From NCBI RefSeq assembly GCF_009914755.1, contig NC_060925.1: 64,000 bases of DNA. One strand, given 5' to 3'. The stretch's first letter is position 1. Each line of letters begins with the position of its first letter. This DNA is from the human T2T-CHM13v2.0 reference genome, Homo sapiens. The notes under the pieces are model-generated. The model ran no database searches. It was not told where the DNA came from and worked only from the letters and a program-made list of their open reading frames with translations. Positions 48,335-63,970 of the stretch are shown in pieces. A program made the position numbers and the translations under genes.

Positions 48335-48869
48335 TGAGAAGCTGGGACTACAGGCGTGTGCACCACACCCAGCTAATTTTTGTATTTTTGGTAGAGACGG
48401 GATTTCACCATGTTGCCCAGGCCAGTCTGGAACTCCTGAGCTTAAGCCATCCACCTGCCTTAGCCTCCCAAAGTGCTACAGGCGGGCACCACTGCACCAG
48501 ACCAGAAACATAAATTATTAAAACTGACAGGGTCTCTGTTCTATTGCCCAGGCTGGACTGTAGTGGTCTGATCATAGCTCACTACAGCCTCAATCTCCTG
48601 GGCTGAAGTGATCCTACTTTGGCCTCCCAAAGAGCTGGTACCACAGGTGCCCACCACCATGCCTGGCTAATTTTTAAAAAAAATTTTTTTTGTAGAGACA
48701 GGGTCTCACTCTGTTGCCCAAGCTGGTCTCAAACTCCTGAGCTCAAGCGATCCTCCCACCTTGGCCTCTCAAAATGAGCCACTGCCCAGCCAAACTAAAT
48801 GCTTTAAATATATGATTTGTATATGTAAAGTCTATCTCAACAAAGCTGGTTTTTTTTCTTTTTAAAGTA

Positions 48870-49087
48870 GGACTCTGGAGACAGGCTGCCTGACTGTTAC
48901 TAGCCTTTACTTCCTAGCTTTGAGTTCTTGGGCAAGATACTTATCTGTGTCTGTTTTCTCATCTACAAAATGGGAAATAATGTAACAGTAACCTATCTCA
49001 TAGGAGTTGTTGAAGATTAAATCAAAGTAATACCTATGAAGTGCTTAGAACAGGACTCAACACATAAGTAATCAGTAAAAGTTAGTT
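48870..49087 (+). mobile_element. MIR SINE
   Basis: MIR core: TTGGGCAAG…TTTTCTCATCTACAAAATGGG…GAAGTGCTTAGAACAG. Confidence 0.8.
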
Positions 49088-50247
49088 TTCATAATTTTTC
49101 AGCTCTGGGTGGTGTTCTTTAAATAAACATACAGACAAAATACGAGAGATTTAGAAGATATGACTAAGGAGGGTAAGGGAACAAGCCATGTCAGGTAAAT
49201 GAAGATGGAAAGCACTAGAGATTCTACAACTAGTAAAGAGAAAACTCAGAGGATATAAAAACTTTTCACATACTTGAAGAAGTCTCATATCATGTTTATC
49301 CTACATTATATTTGTTCTGTATTGCTCAGAATTCTCTGTATTGCTAAAAAGGGCTCTGTAAAATAGTCCAGAAGGAGTGATGTGCTCAGGAAGGAAGGCA
49401 GTGGATAGAGTTGCGACAGGACAGTGTCACAGTCATAAAGATCAGTTTTCTGTATGTTTGTGAATCATCTAGATTATCCTAGTAACATAGCTATTCCAAA
49501 GTCTAGCTAACAAAATTGTTATTTAACTATTTCTTGTTCATTCAACCTTGTATACAACAGCTAACTTAGCCAAGAAATGCACACTGCATTTTAGTTTCAA
49601 CAAGATCAAACTATTATTATTTTTAAATTTATTTTAATTTATTTTTTGAGACAGACTCTTGTTCTGTCACCCTTGCTGGAGTGTACAGCTGTGATCTCGG
49701 CTCACTGCAACCTCTGCCTCCCAGGTTCAAGTAAGTAGCTGGGATTACAGGCGTGTGCCACCACGCCCAACTAATTTTTGTATTTACTGTAGAGATGGCA
49801 TTTTGCCATGTTGGCCAGACTCGTCTCAAACTCCTGACATCAAGTGATCCTGCCTTGGCCTCCCAAAGTGCTGGGATTACAAAATCAAATTATTAGATGC
49901 TTATGTGCACTTGTCCTTGACAACTTTTTTTTTTGAAGTTCAAGATACATTTTTGTTCATTCTACAGAACATGAACATATTTTCCTGTTTAAAATTATCA
50001 TAAGGCATTTAAGAGTTTTTATTGGTAGGGTAGATTGCTGGTCATGCTTTTAATTTATTTAATGCTAAGTCCTTGGGTCAGGTGTGGTGGCTCACACCTG
50101 TAATCCCAGCAGTTTAGGAGGCTGAGGTGAGTGGATCGCTTGAGGTCAGGAGTTTGAGACCAGCCTGGCCAATGTGGCAAAACCCTGTCTCTACTGAAAA
50201 TACAAAAATTAGCCAGGTGTGGTGGTGCGTGCCTATAGTCCCAGCTA

Positions 50248-50757
<510 letters not shown>

Positions 50758-50779
50758 TCAGAAGTTATAAATTGAATAA

Positions 50780-50980
<201 letters not shown>

Positions 50981-51337
50981 TGAGATTACAGGCGTGTGCC
51001 ACTATGCTAGCTAGTTTTTTTGTATGTTTAGTAGAGACAGGGTTTCGCCATGTTGGCCAGGCTGATCTCGAACTCCTGGCCTCAAGTGATGCACTCACCT
51101 TGGCTTTCCAAAGTGCTGTGATTATAGTCATGAGCCACCATGCCCAGCCCACTATGAGTTTTTAAATGCCAAAAATAAATAAGGAGATACGATTTCATGC
51201 TAAATATTTTCCTCTCAGCAGGGTGCAGTGGCTCACGACTGTAATCCCAGCACTTTGGGAGGCCGAGGCGGGTAGATCACTTGAGGTCAGGAGTTCAAGA
51301 CCAGCCTGGCCAACATGGTGAAACCCCGTCTCTACTA

Positions 51338-51607
<270 letters not shown>

Positions 51608-51890
51608 TTATATCTGTGCAAACCTACAAATTGATGCCATGTTGCCAAATTCTTCCACTATCTCCATGCTTAAAAGTGTGCATTTGTAGGACTAATGACT
51701 GGCTTTCTATCCTGTTTTAAAGTTGATCAAAAAAATAACATTTTCTAGGTAACTAAAACAGGACCAGAGCAGCCGTACGAATTTAAAGAAAAGAACTTGT
51801 TACTCAAAATGTAACAGAAATATAAACTTTATTAGGCTGAGCATTTGCTTACTTCCTTTCCAATGAAACAAAATTTTAGCACACACATAC

Positions 51891-51995
51891 CTGTGGAACC
51901 ATTGCAACCCTCTGGTTTCTTTTAGGTGACCTTGTATTTATTTGCCTATCATCTTCATCAGAAAAAAGTCGACTTCGTTTTGAATTTCTGAAAGG
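51891..51995 (-). CDS. LIN9: LIN9 exon 4 (105 nt, phase 0-0): PFRNSKRSRLFSDEDDRQINTRSPKRNQRVAMVPQ
   Basis: tcatag|CCTTTC...CCACAG|gtatgt. Confidence 0.96.
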
Positions 51996-52777
51996 CTATG
52001 ATAGAAATGTTTTCATTTAATGAAAAAGCCGAACCCTCCCATTTTTGTTCCAAAATACAATTCTATACTTGGAAAACTGAGCTAACTCTGGATTATCAGC
52101 AGTATGGAAGGATAAAGTATGGGCAACACAAAGCACACAAAGCCAAATATAAATAATCTCAGATTTAGAAAGCAGTAAGATGTATTTATACAAGGTGCTT
52201 ATGAATGAAATACCTAGCTGATGAATAAAGTAAAACTGGAACCCCAAGTCTCCTTAGTACACTGGCAGCCTTGGACAGTGATGATAGGAAAATAAGTTCC
52301 GGAAATTCCAGTTCAAATTATGTTGTTGCTTGGGTTAATACCAATTGGGTGTGTGACATGATATGTCTGCTGCATAGGGCTGGGCTGGGCCAAAGGTTCT
52401 AAATCACTCTAGAAGAGTAAGCCTAAATGTGTATACTATTATACTCTATCTGCTGTCAAAAATTGTTAACCGAATTTTCACTTGTAAATAAAAGATACAT
52501 ATGATAGATACCTGATAATTACCCATAGAACTAAAAAAGTTGTTTAAGTACCAAAAGTACATCATACACTTAAGGGTCTGTAATAGTAAAGATTTTACAG
52601 TTCACCCTAGGTTCAGAGGTTTCATTAATAGAGAGAAAAAGAAATAATATCCCGATAAGACCTACATCCTTTTCAAAGCCTTCTCCCACCCCTCATGGCT
52701 ATTTGGAAGAGAAACAGGTGCAGGCGGCTAACAACATATGGGCAACATCCACTCGGGTCTATGAACCCTTGAAATTA

Positions 52778-53074
<297 letters not shown>

Positions 53075-53768
53075 TCAGAGTCTTGATACTCTATAGCCCT
53101 GACAGGAATTCCATTCTACACTGCCCCCCTTCCCTGACCACAAGCAGAGAAGAGGAAGGGAATGAAGATGATGGAATTGACACAGTGAGGAAAGCCCCTC
53201 ACATTCACTGTGGTCAGCTGCCCAGGCTACTGTGACTGCTGCTGTCTATCCCAACTCCAGGACTGTTTCATGACAGACCCTTAAAACCTCCTGGCTACCT
53301 GGCAGGGCAGGAGAGAAAGAGAGTTCCTAAAACTGTTAGTCATGTCAATTATATGCTCATCTCTACTTCCCACCTCTAAATGCACTTACCTTTGAGCTAC
53401 ACAATGATTTCTTTTTTTTTCTTTTTGTCTATACAAGATTTTAATACCTTACCACATATATATATTTTTGCAGGTACCAAAGCCATGTAAAATTTTTTGC
53501 GTATCTAATAAAAGTATAAGTTGTAGTTTTTGTTTTTCCTATTTAAAGAAACTATTACACAATTACTGAACAAATGCTTACTGATGACCAGATTATCACT
53601 GGGTACAGATTAATTTACCTAAATAAGATCAAACAGTGCTTAATGACACTTGAGGTTGGGAAAAAAACTTGTAAATTTTTTTACTGTGCTGCAAGAATTT
53701 ACACATGACAATAATACAGACAACTTAGCTAGAATTATTCTAAAATGTAAGAAAAACTCACTCCTTAC

Positions 53769-53863
53769 CATTTCCACAGCAGAGCTTGTATTCCTGCCTT
53801 TCCAAACAGGTGTTTTCTGTAAAGAACTGTACTTTTCATTCCACGTGTTAGATAAGCTTCCTT
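53769..53863 (-). CDS. LIN9: LIN9 exon 3 (95 nt): EGSLSNTWNEKYSSLQKTPVWKGRNTSSAVEM
   Basis: ttacag|AAGGAAGC...GAAATG|gtaagg; frame continues from exon 2. Confidence 0.96.
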
Positions 53864-55240
53864 CTGTAATAAATAGTTAATACTAATGGAATTTTGGCTT
53901 AGTTCAAAGGATTTCATACCATGAATACTGTTTTTTTCATAACAGCCATATATCTAAAATATTTAATATGGAAAAAATATACTGACTATAATAATTTTAG
54001 ATTATTATAAATGAAAAAGCTCTTCCGTATTTTTCTGTCAAACTCTCTAAATAATTTGATAAAGCAATGCATCTTGAAAGTATTAAATGTCCATACTGAA
54101 ACATGTGCTTCTTTTTCTTTGTTTTTGGATTTTTAATAATTTCTCCATTCCAACTTGCCAAGAACTATCTCATAACTTTTGGTACAATTCTGAAAGCAGG
54201 GGAATCAAAAATGGAAAAAGCCTTTTCTAACCTTGAATTTAGAGCACATTTCTTTTTTACTTTTTCTTTGTGTGTGAGACAGAGTACTTGCTCCATCGCC
54301 CAGGCTGGAGTGCAGTGGCACAATCTTGGCTCACTGCAACCTCTGCCTCCCAGGTTAAAGTGGTTCTCCTGCCTCAGCCTCCCCAGTAGTGGGATTACAG
54401 GTGTGTGCCACCACGCCTAGCTAATTTTTGTATTTTTAGTAGAGACAGGGTTTCTCCATGTTGGCCAGGCTGGTCTCAAACTCCTGACTTCAGGTGATCT
54501 ACCCGCCTCAGTGTCTCAAAGTGTTGAGATTACAGGCATGAGCCACCAGGCCAGCCTGTATTTAGAGCACATTTCTAAATGTTTTCTGCTTTAATATGTG
54601 AATCACTTGATATATAAAAAGGAAATTAGGCCAGGTGCAATGGCTCATGCCTATAATTCCAGGACTTTGGGAGGCCGAGGCGGGTGGATCATTTGAGGCC
54701 ATGAGTTCGAGACCAACCTGCCCAACATGGTGAAACGCCACCTCTACAAAAAATACAAAAATTAGCTGGGCATGGTGGCGCGCACCTGTAGTCCCAGCTA
54801 TTCAGGAGGCTGAGGCAGAGAATTGCTGGAACCTGGGAGGCGAAGGTCGAAGCAAGCCAGGGTCAAAGCGAGCCAGGGTCGAAGCAAGCCGAGATAGCAC
54901 CACTGCACTTCAGTCTGGGCAACATGGCAAGTCTCTGTCCCCTCACAAAAAAAGAAAAAGTAAATCAGCGTGGTTATTTCTGTTTTCCTTAATTCAGAGA
55001 AATGTCTTCAGAGTTGTACACAAGCAGAAAAGAATTCTATCGAATAGACATATTATGATTTACACATATTATAATGATTAGACATATTGTGAAAATAAAG
55101 AGGGGTAAGTTTAATTTTTGTAAAAAAGATGTTTATATAGAGGCATAGAAAACTGGGATGAATATACAAGCTGGTTATTTTTATTTTCTTCTAGTGGCTC
55201 ATCAGCATTTTCTCATTTTTTCCATAAGAAATGTACGTTA

Positions 55241-55444
<204 letters not shown>

Positions 55445-55850
55445 TCAGGAGGCTGAGGCACAAGAATCACTTGACCCAGGAGGCAGAGGTTGCAGTGAGC
55501 CAAGATATTGTGCCACTGCACTCCAGCCTGGGCGACAAACCGAGACTCAGTCTCAAAAAAAAAAAAAAAAAGGCAGGGGGGAGAGAAATGAGTTTAATAT
55601 TGGGAGAAAAAGAATAATGGAATAATTTTTAAGAATCACAAAAGACAAACAAACTGGGGTGTTCTGGAAGACAAATTGTCTTCTCAAGCTAGAAGGATTT
55701 AATTTGGTAAATCACCAATCCAAAGCACAATATAGTAGCTTTAAAGACTAAAAGTACTTTGAGAATATTTAGCTTGGTTCCAAATTTATTGACCTACCAG
55801 AATCTTAATCAAGAGGTAAAATTTTAAAGAAACTATGTTAAAAAGGTTAG

Positions 55851-56165
<315 letters not shown>

Positions 56166-56600
56166 TAGTAGAGATGGGGTTTCACCTTGTTAGCCAGGCT
56201 AATCACGAACTCCTGAGCTCAAGTGGTCCGCCTGCCTCAGCCTCCCAAAGTGCCGGGATTACAGGCGTGAGCCACCGTGCCCAGTGAAAGCAAGACTCTT
56301 AAAAATAAGCTATTACGGGCCAGGTGTGGTGGCTCATGCCTGTAATCTCAGCACTTTGCAAAGCTGAGGCAGCAGGATCCCTTGAGCCCAGGAGTTCGAG
56401 ACCAGCCTGGGCAACAAAGTGAGGCCTCCTCTCTACAAAAAATAAAGAAATTAGCTGGGCATGGTAGCATGTGCCTGTGGTCCCAGCTACATGGGAAGCT
56501 GAGGCAAGAGGATCACTTGAGCCCAGGAGGTCGAGGCTACAGTGAACTGTAATCACATCACCACACTCTAGCCTGTGTGACAAAGCGAGACCCTGTCTCA

Positions 56601-56795
<195 letters not shown>

Positions 56796-56798
56796 TCA

Positions 56799-56900
<102 letters not shown>

Positions 56901-57221
56901 TCAAAAACAAACAAACAAACAATTATGCTAACATATAGGTCAGCACAGTCGTTTAACAAATGCTTTTAATCTAAATATTTATGGAATGTTTAATTAGAAA
57001 GGTTTTTAATCAATAATTTTAGAAATTTTTAAAAATAATTTCTAACAACTGAGGATCAATTCTCCTATAAAAGCATATTAATTTAAGGTTATCAGTGAAA
57101 ACCAATACTGAAAAGCTACAATGAATCATAACTTAGAAGGAAAATGGAAACACTATATCCAGATTAATTTAACGAATTAGACTTTTAGCTATGGTATACC
57201 TAAAAATGCTATACTTCTTAC

Positions 57222-57254
57222 CTTTTAAACTGACAAGGGCTTTTGCTGAAGAGC
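57222..57254 (-). CDS. LIN9: LIN9 exon 2 (33 nt, phase 1-1): (S)SSAKALVSLK(E)
   Basis: ttgcag|GCTCTTCAGC...TTAAAAG|gtaaga on the minus strand. Confidence 0.93.
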
Positions 57255-58404
57255 CTGCAATTAAAAATAAAACAAATCAATAATTATTTCATAACCAAAG
57301 TGAGAGAAAAAGACCTTGGTTTGGGGGTAAAAGTGATCCATTTAGTTTTAGTAATGTTGAGTTTGAAGAGATGGTGGAATGTGCAATTCGAAATATCTGG
57401 CAGACAATTCAAACTATAAACCAGAACTCAGATAAAGAAAGAACTGGAGAGAGACATATGAGAGTCTTGCTGAAGTTGTGAGAACTGGAGACCATTCCAG
57501 GAGAAGAAAGTGAAGAAACAGAAGAAAGAGGAAGAGTGGGGACAGAGGTAATTTTGGATCCTCATCCAGGCGTGCTGTGGTGCTGGAAGAAAAGAGAAAG
57601 GGAACCGACATCCATTGAGGCAAAGACTGATGTAGTAATGGAGTGGAAAAAAACAGGCAATGGAAATGATTCAGGGACTGTCAGAGCAAGCAATAAGTCC
57701 CTTGAAAGTCTAGAATGCAGGTATATGTGATACTTCAAGATCTAAGCTGGAAAAGGGAATACAGAATGGCCAAGAGGGGCTAGAATAAAGTTGGAGGGGT
57801 CCGCTGGATAAAACAAACTCCAGTGTACATTAGAGGCCAGGTATGATGGCTGACACCTGTAATCCCAGTGCTTTGGAAGGCCAAGGTGGGAAGGCTAGCT
57901 TGAGGCCAGGAGTCTGAGACCAGCCTGGGCAACATAAGGAGATCCTGTCTCTAAAAAAATGTTTTTAATTCACTGGGTATGGGGGCACGTGCCTAAAGTG
58001 TCAGCTACTCAGGGGGCTGATGTGAGAGGCCTGCTGGAGCCTGGGAGGTTGAGGCGGCAGTGAGCTGTGACCGTGCCACTGCACTTCAGCCTGACAGACA
58101 GAGTACGACTCTGCCTCAAAAAAATAAAAAAGACATTAGAATAACAAGGAAGCTCCTCATACATGCAAAATCTAGACTGAATCTATATTATTAATAAACA
58201 ACAGGGGATTCTGTTGCAGGTAACCCACTTTGAGAAACATCAGGCTACAGGTTCTGGTGTGAATGAATTATAGGATCTATGGGTAGGGAAAGTAGAAAAA
58301 TCAATAGAGAGGCCGGGTGCGGTGGCTCACGCCTGTAATCCCAGCACTTTGGGAGGCCGAGGTGGGCGGATCACAAGGTCAGGAGATCAAGACCATCTTG
58401 GCTA

Positions 58405-58804
<400 letters not shown>

Positions 58805-59556
58805 TTAACAAAAGCAGCTATGATTTACATCTCATATAAATGGATAACAGACTTAAAATGAGAAGCAACAGATAAAGTATGGCAGTTATGAAACACTTCA
58901 TCTCAGATCCTTAAACACTATGCATCTCTGATCACTAAACCTCAACTGACTTTTTCCTCCACAGGTCTGTGTAAGAGACTTGTGAAACAGACACCTATTA
59001 GCATTAAAGACACTTACTTTCACTCTACTCTCTTGCCCAGATGTGAAGAATAGTTAACAGGACACCATAAAAGCTTCTGCATGGCAAATGAAGCTTAATG
59101 ACAAAAGGCAGTAAAGTCATGGGGGTGAATGACATAAAATCTTGCTAAAAAGTCTCAAACAATGAAACACAACTGTAAAGCAGCAATAGTAGACAATACA
59201 CACATCTGTGTACCAAAAGATATGCAGTGCATTTGAGAAAAAGTAGTAACCATTCACTCACTGAATATGTAGAGTACTGATGGCATGCCAGTCCCTACCT
59301 GCTCTAGGCAATGGGAATACAACAGCAAGCAAAATAGTCAAAGTCCCTGCTCTCATGGAATGTACATTCTAGTGATGGGAGGCAAACAAAAACAGCTATC
59401 GAGTAATGATAAGCACTCTGGAAAAAATAAAGCAGAAGAAGAAGAATACGCAGGGTGGGGATGGAGGGAAGGAAAACTATTTGTATATAAGGTGTTCATG
59501 ATGAGCTTCTATGAAAGGTGATGCTTAAGCAGAGATCTGAAGGAAGAGGTATATAG

Positions 59557-59787
<231 letters not shown>

Positions 59788-59974
59788 TAGGATTACAGGT
59801 GCATGCCACCATACGCAGCTAATTTTTGTATTTTTAGTAGAGACAGGGTTTCGCCATGTTGGCCAGGCTGGTCTCGAACTCCTGACCTCAGGTGACCACC
59901 CGGCTCGGCCTCCCAAAGTGCTGGGATTATAGGCGTGAGCCACCGCAACCGGTCCTTCTTTCCTTTTTCTAGAT

Positions 59975-60200
59975 GCAGGATAGCATAGTGGTTAAGAAAA
60001 CAGATTCTAGATTGAGACTAGCTATGTTTGAATCTTGGTCCTGACACTTTCTTGCATGCTACCTTAAGCAAGTTACTTTGCCTCTCTGTGCTATTGTTTC
60101 TTCATGTGTAAAATGAGGATTAAATGAGTTAATACATGTAAAAGTGCATAGAACAATGCATATATTACACAGTTAATTTTGATATAATGCTGTTAGTATT
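59975..60200 (+). mobile_element. MIR SINE
   Basis: AGCATAGTGGTTAAGA…GCAAGTTACTT..CCTCTCTGTG…TGTAAAATGAGGATTAAATGAG. Confidence 0.8.
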
Positions 60201-60310
60201 ATTTTGAGCAATCAAAAAATAATAGGTTAAGAACATGGATTTTTCAGTCAGGCGAATCTGATTAAATTAGAATCTTGCTCTAACGAGGTGTTCATTAATC
60301 CAAAGATTCT

Positions 60311-60424
60311 ACCCTTCTTAGTTCATAAGCATGATGATTGGGTTTTCATACTCATGTGTGAGATGTGTCTCTCTCAAACTTTGTGAAAAGTCAGCACATG
60401 ACCCATCTGATGTGGAAAAAAAAA
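60311..60424 (+). pseudogene. Retroposed U13 (SNORD13-like) snoRNA pseudogene
   Basis: Colinear with U13 (…TAGTTCAT.AGC.TGATGATTGGGT.TTCATAC…GTGTGAGATGTG…ACCC.TCTGA); box C ATGATGA 60331-60337, box D CTGA 60407-60410, followed by an A-tail. Confidence 0.88.
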
Positions 60425-61220
60425 TTTTATTGAATGCCTACCATAAGCACTGTTAGGGGCGAGGGTTACCCCAAAGAACACGACAAACAAAGCCTCTCCT
60501 CTCAGGAAGCTTAAACTCTAGTGGAAAGAGACATATATATATAAAACACGTACATAATAATTATAGCTCATGATAAAGGAAATAAACAGGGTGATATTGG
60601 TGGGGACGGGGGAATTACTCTAAGTACTAGCTACCTTACTTTTGAGTACAGACGGTTTCTCTGAGGAGGTAACATCTAAAAAACTAGCTGTGAGAGAGCA
60701 GGAAATCAAAGCAATGAGTCTGGGCAGAAGAAACAGGTTAAGTCCTAAGAAGGGAGGAGGGGTGACTGTGCTTGCATAGGGAAGAATGGTATGAAAGGGC
60801 AGAGGTAAGCCAGGTGTTATGCATGGAACTGGGAATGCAATTAAGACAGTACCTGCTCTGATGGGGCTACTAACCAATCACATAAACAAATACAAAACTG
60901 CAACTGTAATAGCTGCCACTAGGAAGTTACATAGTAATACAAAAAGATTTAAAGAATATGGGCCTGGCCTGGCACAGTGGCTCACACCTGTAATCCCAGC
61001 ACTTTGGGGGGCTAAATGACTTGAGGGCAGGAGTTCGAGACCAGCCAGGTTCTACTAAAAATACAAAAGTTAGCCGGGCTTGGTGGCACACATCTGTAAT
61101 CACAGCTACTCAGGAGGCTAAGGCAGGAGAATTGCTTGAACTCTAGAGGCGGAGGTTGCAGTGAGCAAAGACTGCACCGCTGCACTCCAGCCTGGGTGAC
61201 AGAGCAAGACTCCATCTTTA

Positions 61221-61472
<252 letters not shown>

Positions 61473-62619
61473 TCAAGGCTGCAGTGAGCCACGATCATGC
61501 CTCTGCACTCCAGTCTACACAACAGAGGGAGACCCTGTCTCTTTAAAAAACAAAAAACAGATTTAAAGAAGACATAATTTAGTCAGGGAGGATGGGAAAT
61601 GGCTCTCTGAAGAAGCATAAAATGGGATCTAAAAGACAATTAGAAGTTAACTGAAAGTAAGGGGGGTGTGGGGGGGTAGCATTCCAGGTTGAGAGAACAG
61701 CATGTGCAAAGACCCTGGAGAAAAGGGGAGACTGGCGAGTATCGGGAATGAAAAAGGTCCAATTTACCCCAAGGGATAGAATGAGGGGACAAGTGGTAAA
61801 ACATAAAGCTGAGAGGTAGGGAGCAGCCAGACCACAAAGGGTCTTATAGCTACTAAAGGGTTTGTAACAGGAGGATGACATACATTCGTTTTGAAAGGAT
61901 CCCTCTCGCTGTGTGTTTGTGGGAAGGGGGCTGAATTAATGAGAGGCTGAGGTAATTGGTAAAGAGAAGAAATGGTAACAGTTTGGGCTATGCTGATGGT
62001 AAGAAATGGGTAGAATTGATAGATATTTAGAAGGTAAAATTTACAGACTTAGTAAAGGCTTAAATATGGGAAGTGAAAGGGAGGAAAGTGGCTGGGGGCG
62101 CGGTGGCTCACCCCTGTAATCCCAGCACTTTGGGAGGTTGAGGCGGGTGCATCACCTGAGGTCAGGAGTTTGAGACCAGCCTAGCCAACATGGTGAAACC
62201 CCACCTCTACTAAAAATACAAGAATTAGCCAGGTGTGGTGGCGGGCGCCTGTAAACCCAGCTACTCAGGAGGCCGAGGCAGGAGAATGGCTTGAACCCGG
62301 GAGGCGGAGGCTGCAGTGAGCTGAGATCGCACACTGCACTCCAGCCTAGGTGACACAGCAAGACTCTGTCTCAAAAAAAAAACAAAAGAAAAGAAAGAGA
62401 GGGAAGTGCCAAAGAAAATCTCTAGGTTTCTGCCCTGCCAGCTGAATGCACAGTGGAACCATTCGAATCACTAGAAGTATCTGTCCTGGGGTAGGACTGA
62501 GGTGGATTTTAAACCTGTGCAGTTTGAGGGGCCTTTGAAGCATCTAAGAAGAAATGTGAAACAGGCAAGAGATATCAAGAAAGGGAGCTCAGGAAAGATC
62601 TGGGCTGAAGATAGCCTTA

Positions 62620-62750
62620 ATTTCCTTATATAAAATGTGAGCACTTACATCAACTGAAATGAAGATTAAATGAGCAAATACATGTAATATCCTTTGCATG
62701 GCATCTGGTTCATAGTAAATACTCAATAAATGGTAGCTTTCATTATTGAT
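62620..62750 (+). mobile_element. MIR 3' fragment
   Basis: GAAGATTAAATGAG…CATAGTAAATACTCAATAAATGGTAGC. Confidence 0.65.
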
Positions 62751-63521
62751 AATGTTATATCGACTCCTGAACAATATATTAGCTAGCCTCCTTGACTAAA
62801 TGTGGCCAAAAAACATACTGCTATTTCCAGTATCAAATTGAAATCGCTTTTCCTTTTCAAGACCCTGCTCTAGTTTCAGTAATAATACCTGTTACTTTGC
62901 ACTAATTCCATAAAAATTATTTATGTATACTTGATTTGTGGCACTGTATGACAAAGAAAGAAAGAAAATCCCTGGTTTCAACAAAGCTGAAGTCTACCTA
63001 AACAAGACATACGCTTCACAAATACACACCAATGCACCAGAGATGTCACAAAGTAATATAAATGATTAGGTTATATAATTTGAAAGTGGAGCTGGAATTT
63101 GAACCCTAATATAAATCCCAAGTCCCTACAAAGAACCACAGTAAATTCTCAATAAATGCTGGATGATATGAAGCAAATATTCCTAATGGCAGTTGTAAGA
63201 AAGCCACTTAAAATGCCTCTCATTACAACAGAATGACTACAGTAACCAAAACAGTAGCTCTAGTGATTGTGACATCCAAGAGGTGATAAGACATGTTTAT
63301 GATAAAGATACCAAGGATGATGAAAAACATTTTCGGATGACAAGTACACTGTGCTTAGTAGGTCCACACTCATTTGGGAGCATTCTAAGTCACAATCAAG
63401 ACCAGCTGCGGTGGCTCACGCCTGTAATCCCAGCACTTTGGGAGGCCGAGGCGGGTGGATCACCTGAGGTCGGGAGTTCGAGACCAGCCTGACCAACATG
63501 GAGAAACCCCCGTCTCTACTA

Positions 63522-63725
<204 letters not shown>

Positions 63726-63759
63726 CTACAAATAAACAGTACAGCTCATGACTGGTCAA

Positions 63760-63970
63760 TAGCTGTGCCCTACCCAATACAGTGACTACTAGCTACATGT
63801 GACTATGCAAGTTAAAATTAAATAAAATTCAAAATTCAGTTCCTCCATCACTCTAGCCACATTTGAAATGTTCCATGGCTACATATGGCTAGTAGCTTGG
63901 CTGCCCTACTGGACATCACAAAAGAGAACAGTTCTATCATGGACAAAGTTCCTTGGGGACTTAGTGCTGC
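63760..63970. mobile_element. MER3-like (hAT-Charlie) element
   Basis: CTAGCTACATGTGACTA…AAAATTCAGTTCCTC…CTAGCCACATTTGAAATG. Confidence 0.75.

Noticed and set aside
51960-51980. KRSRLF as a cyclin-docking RxL motif
   Set aside because: Spacing is R-x-x-L or R-L, not R-x-L
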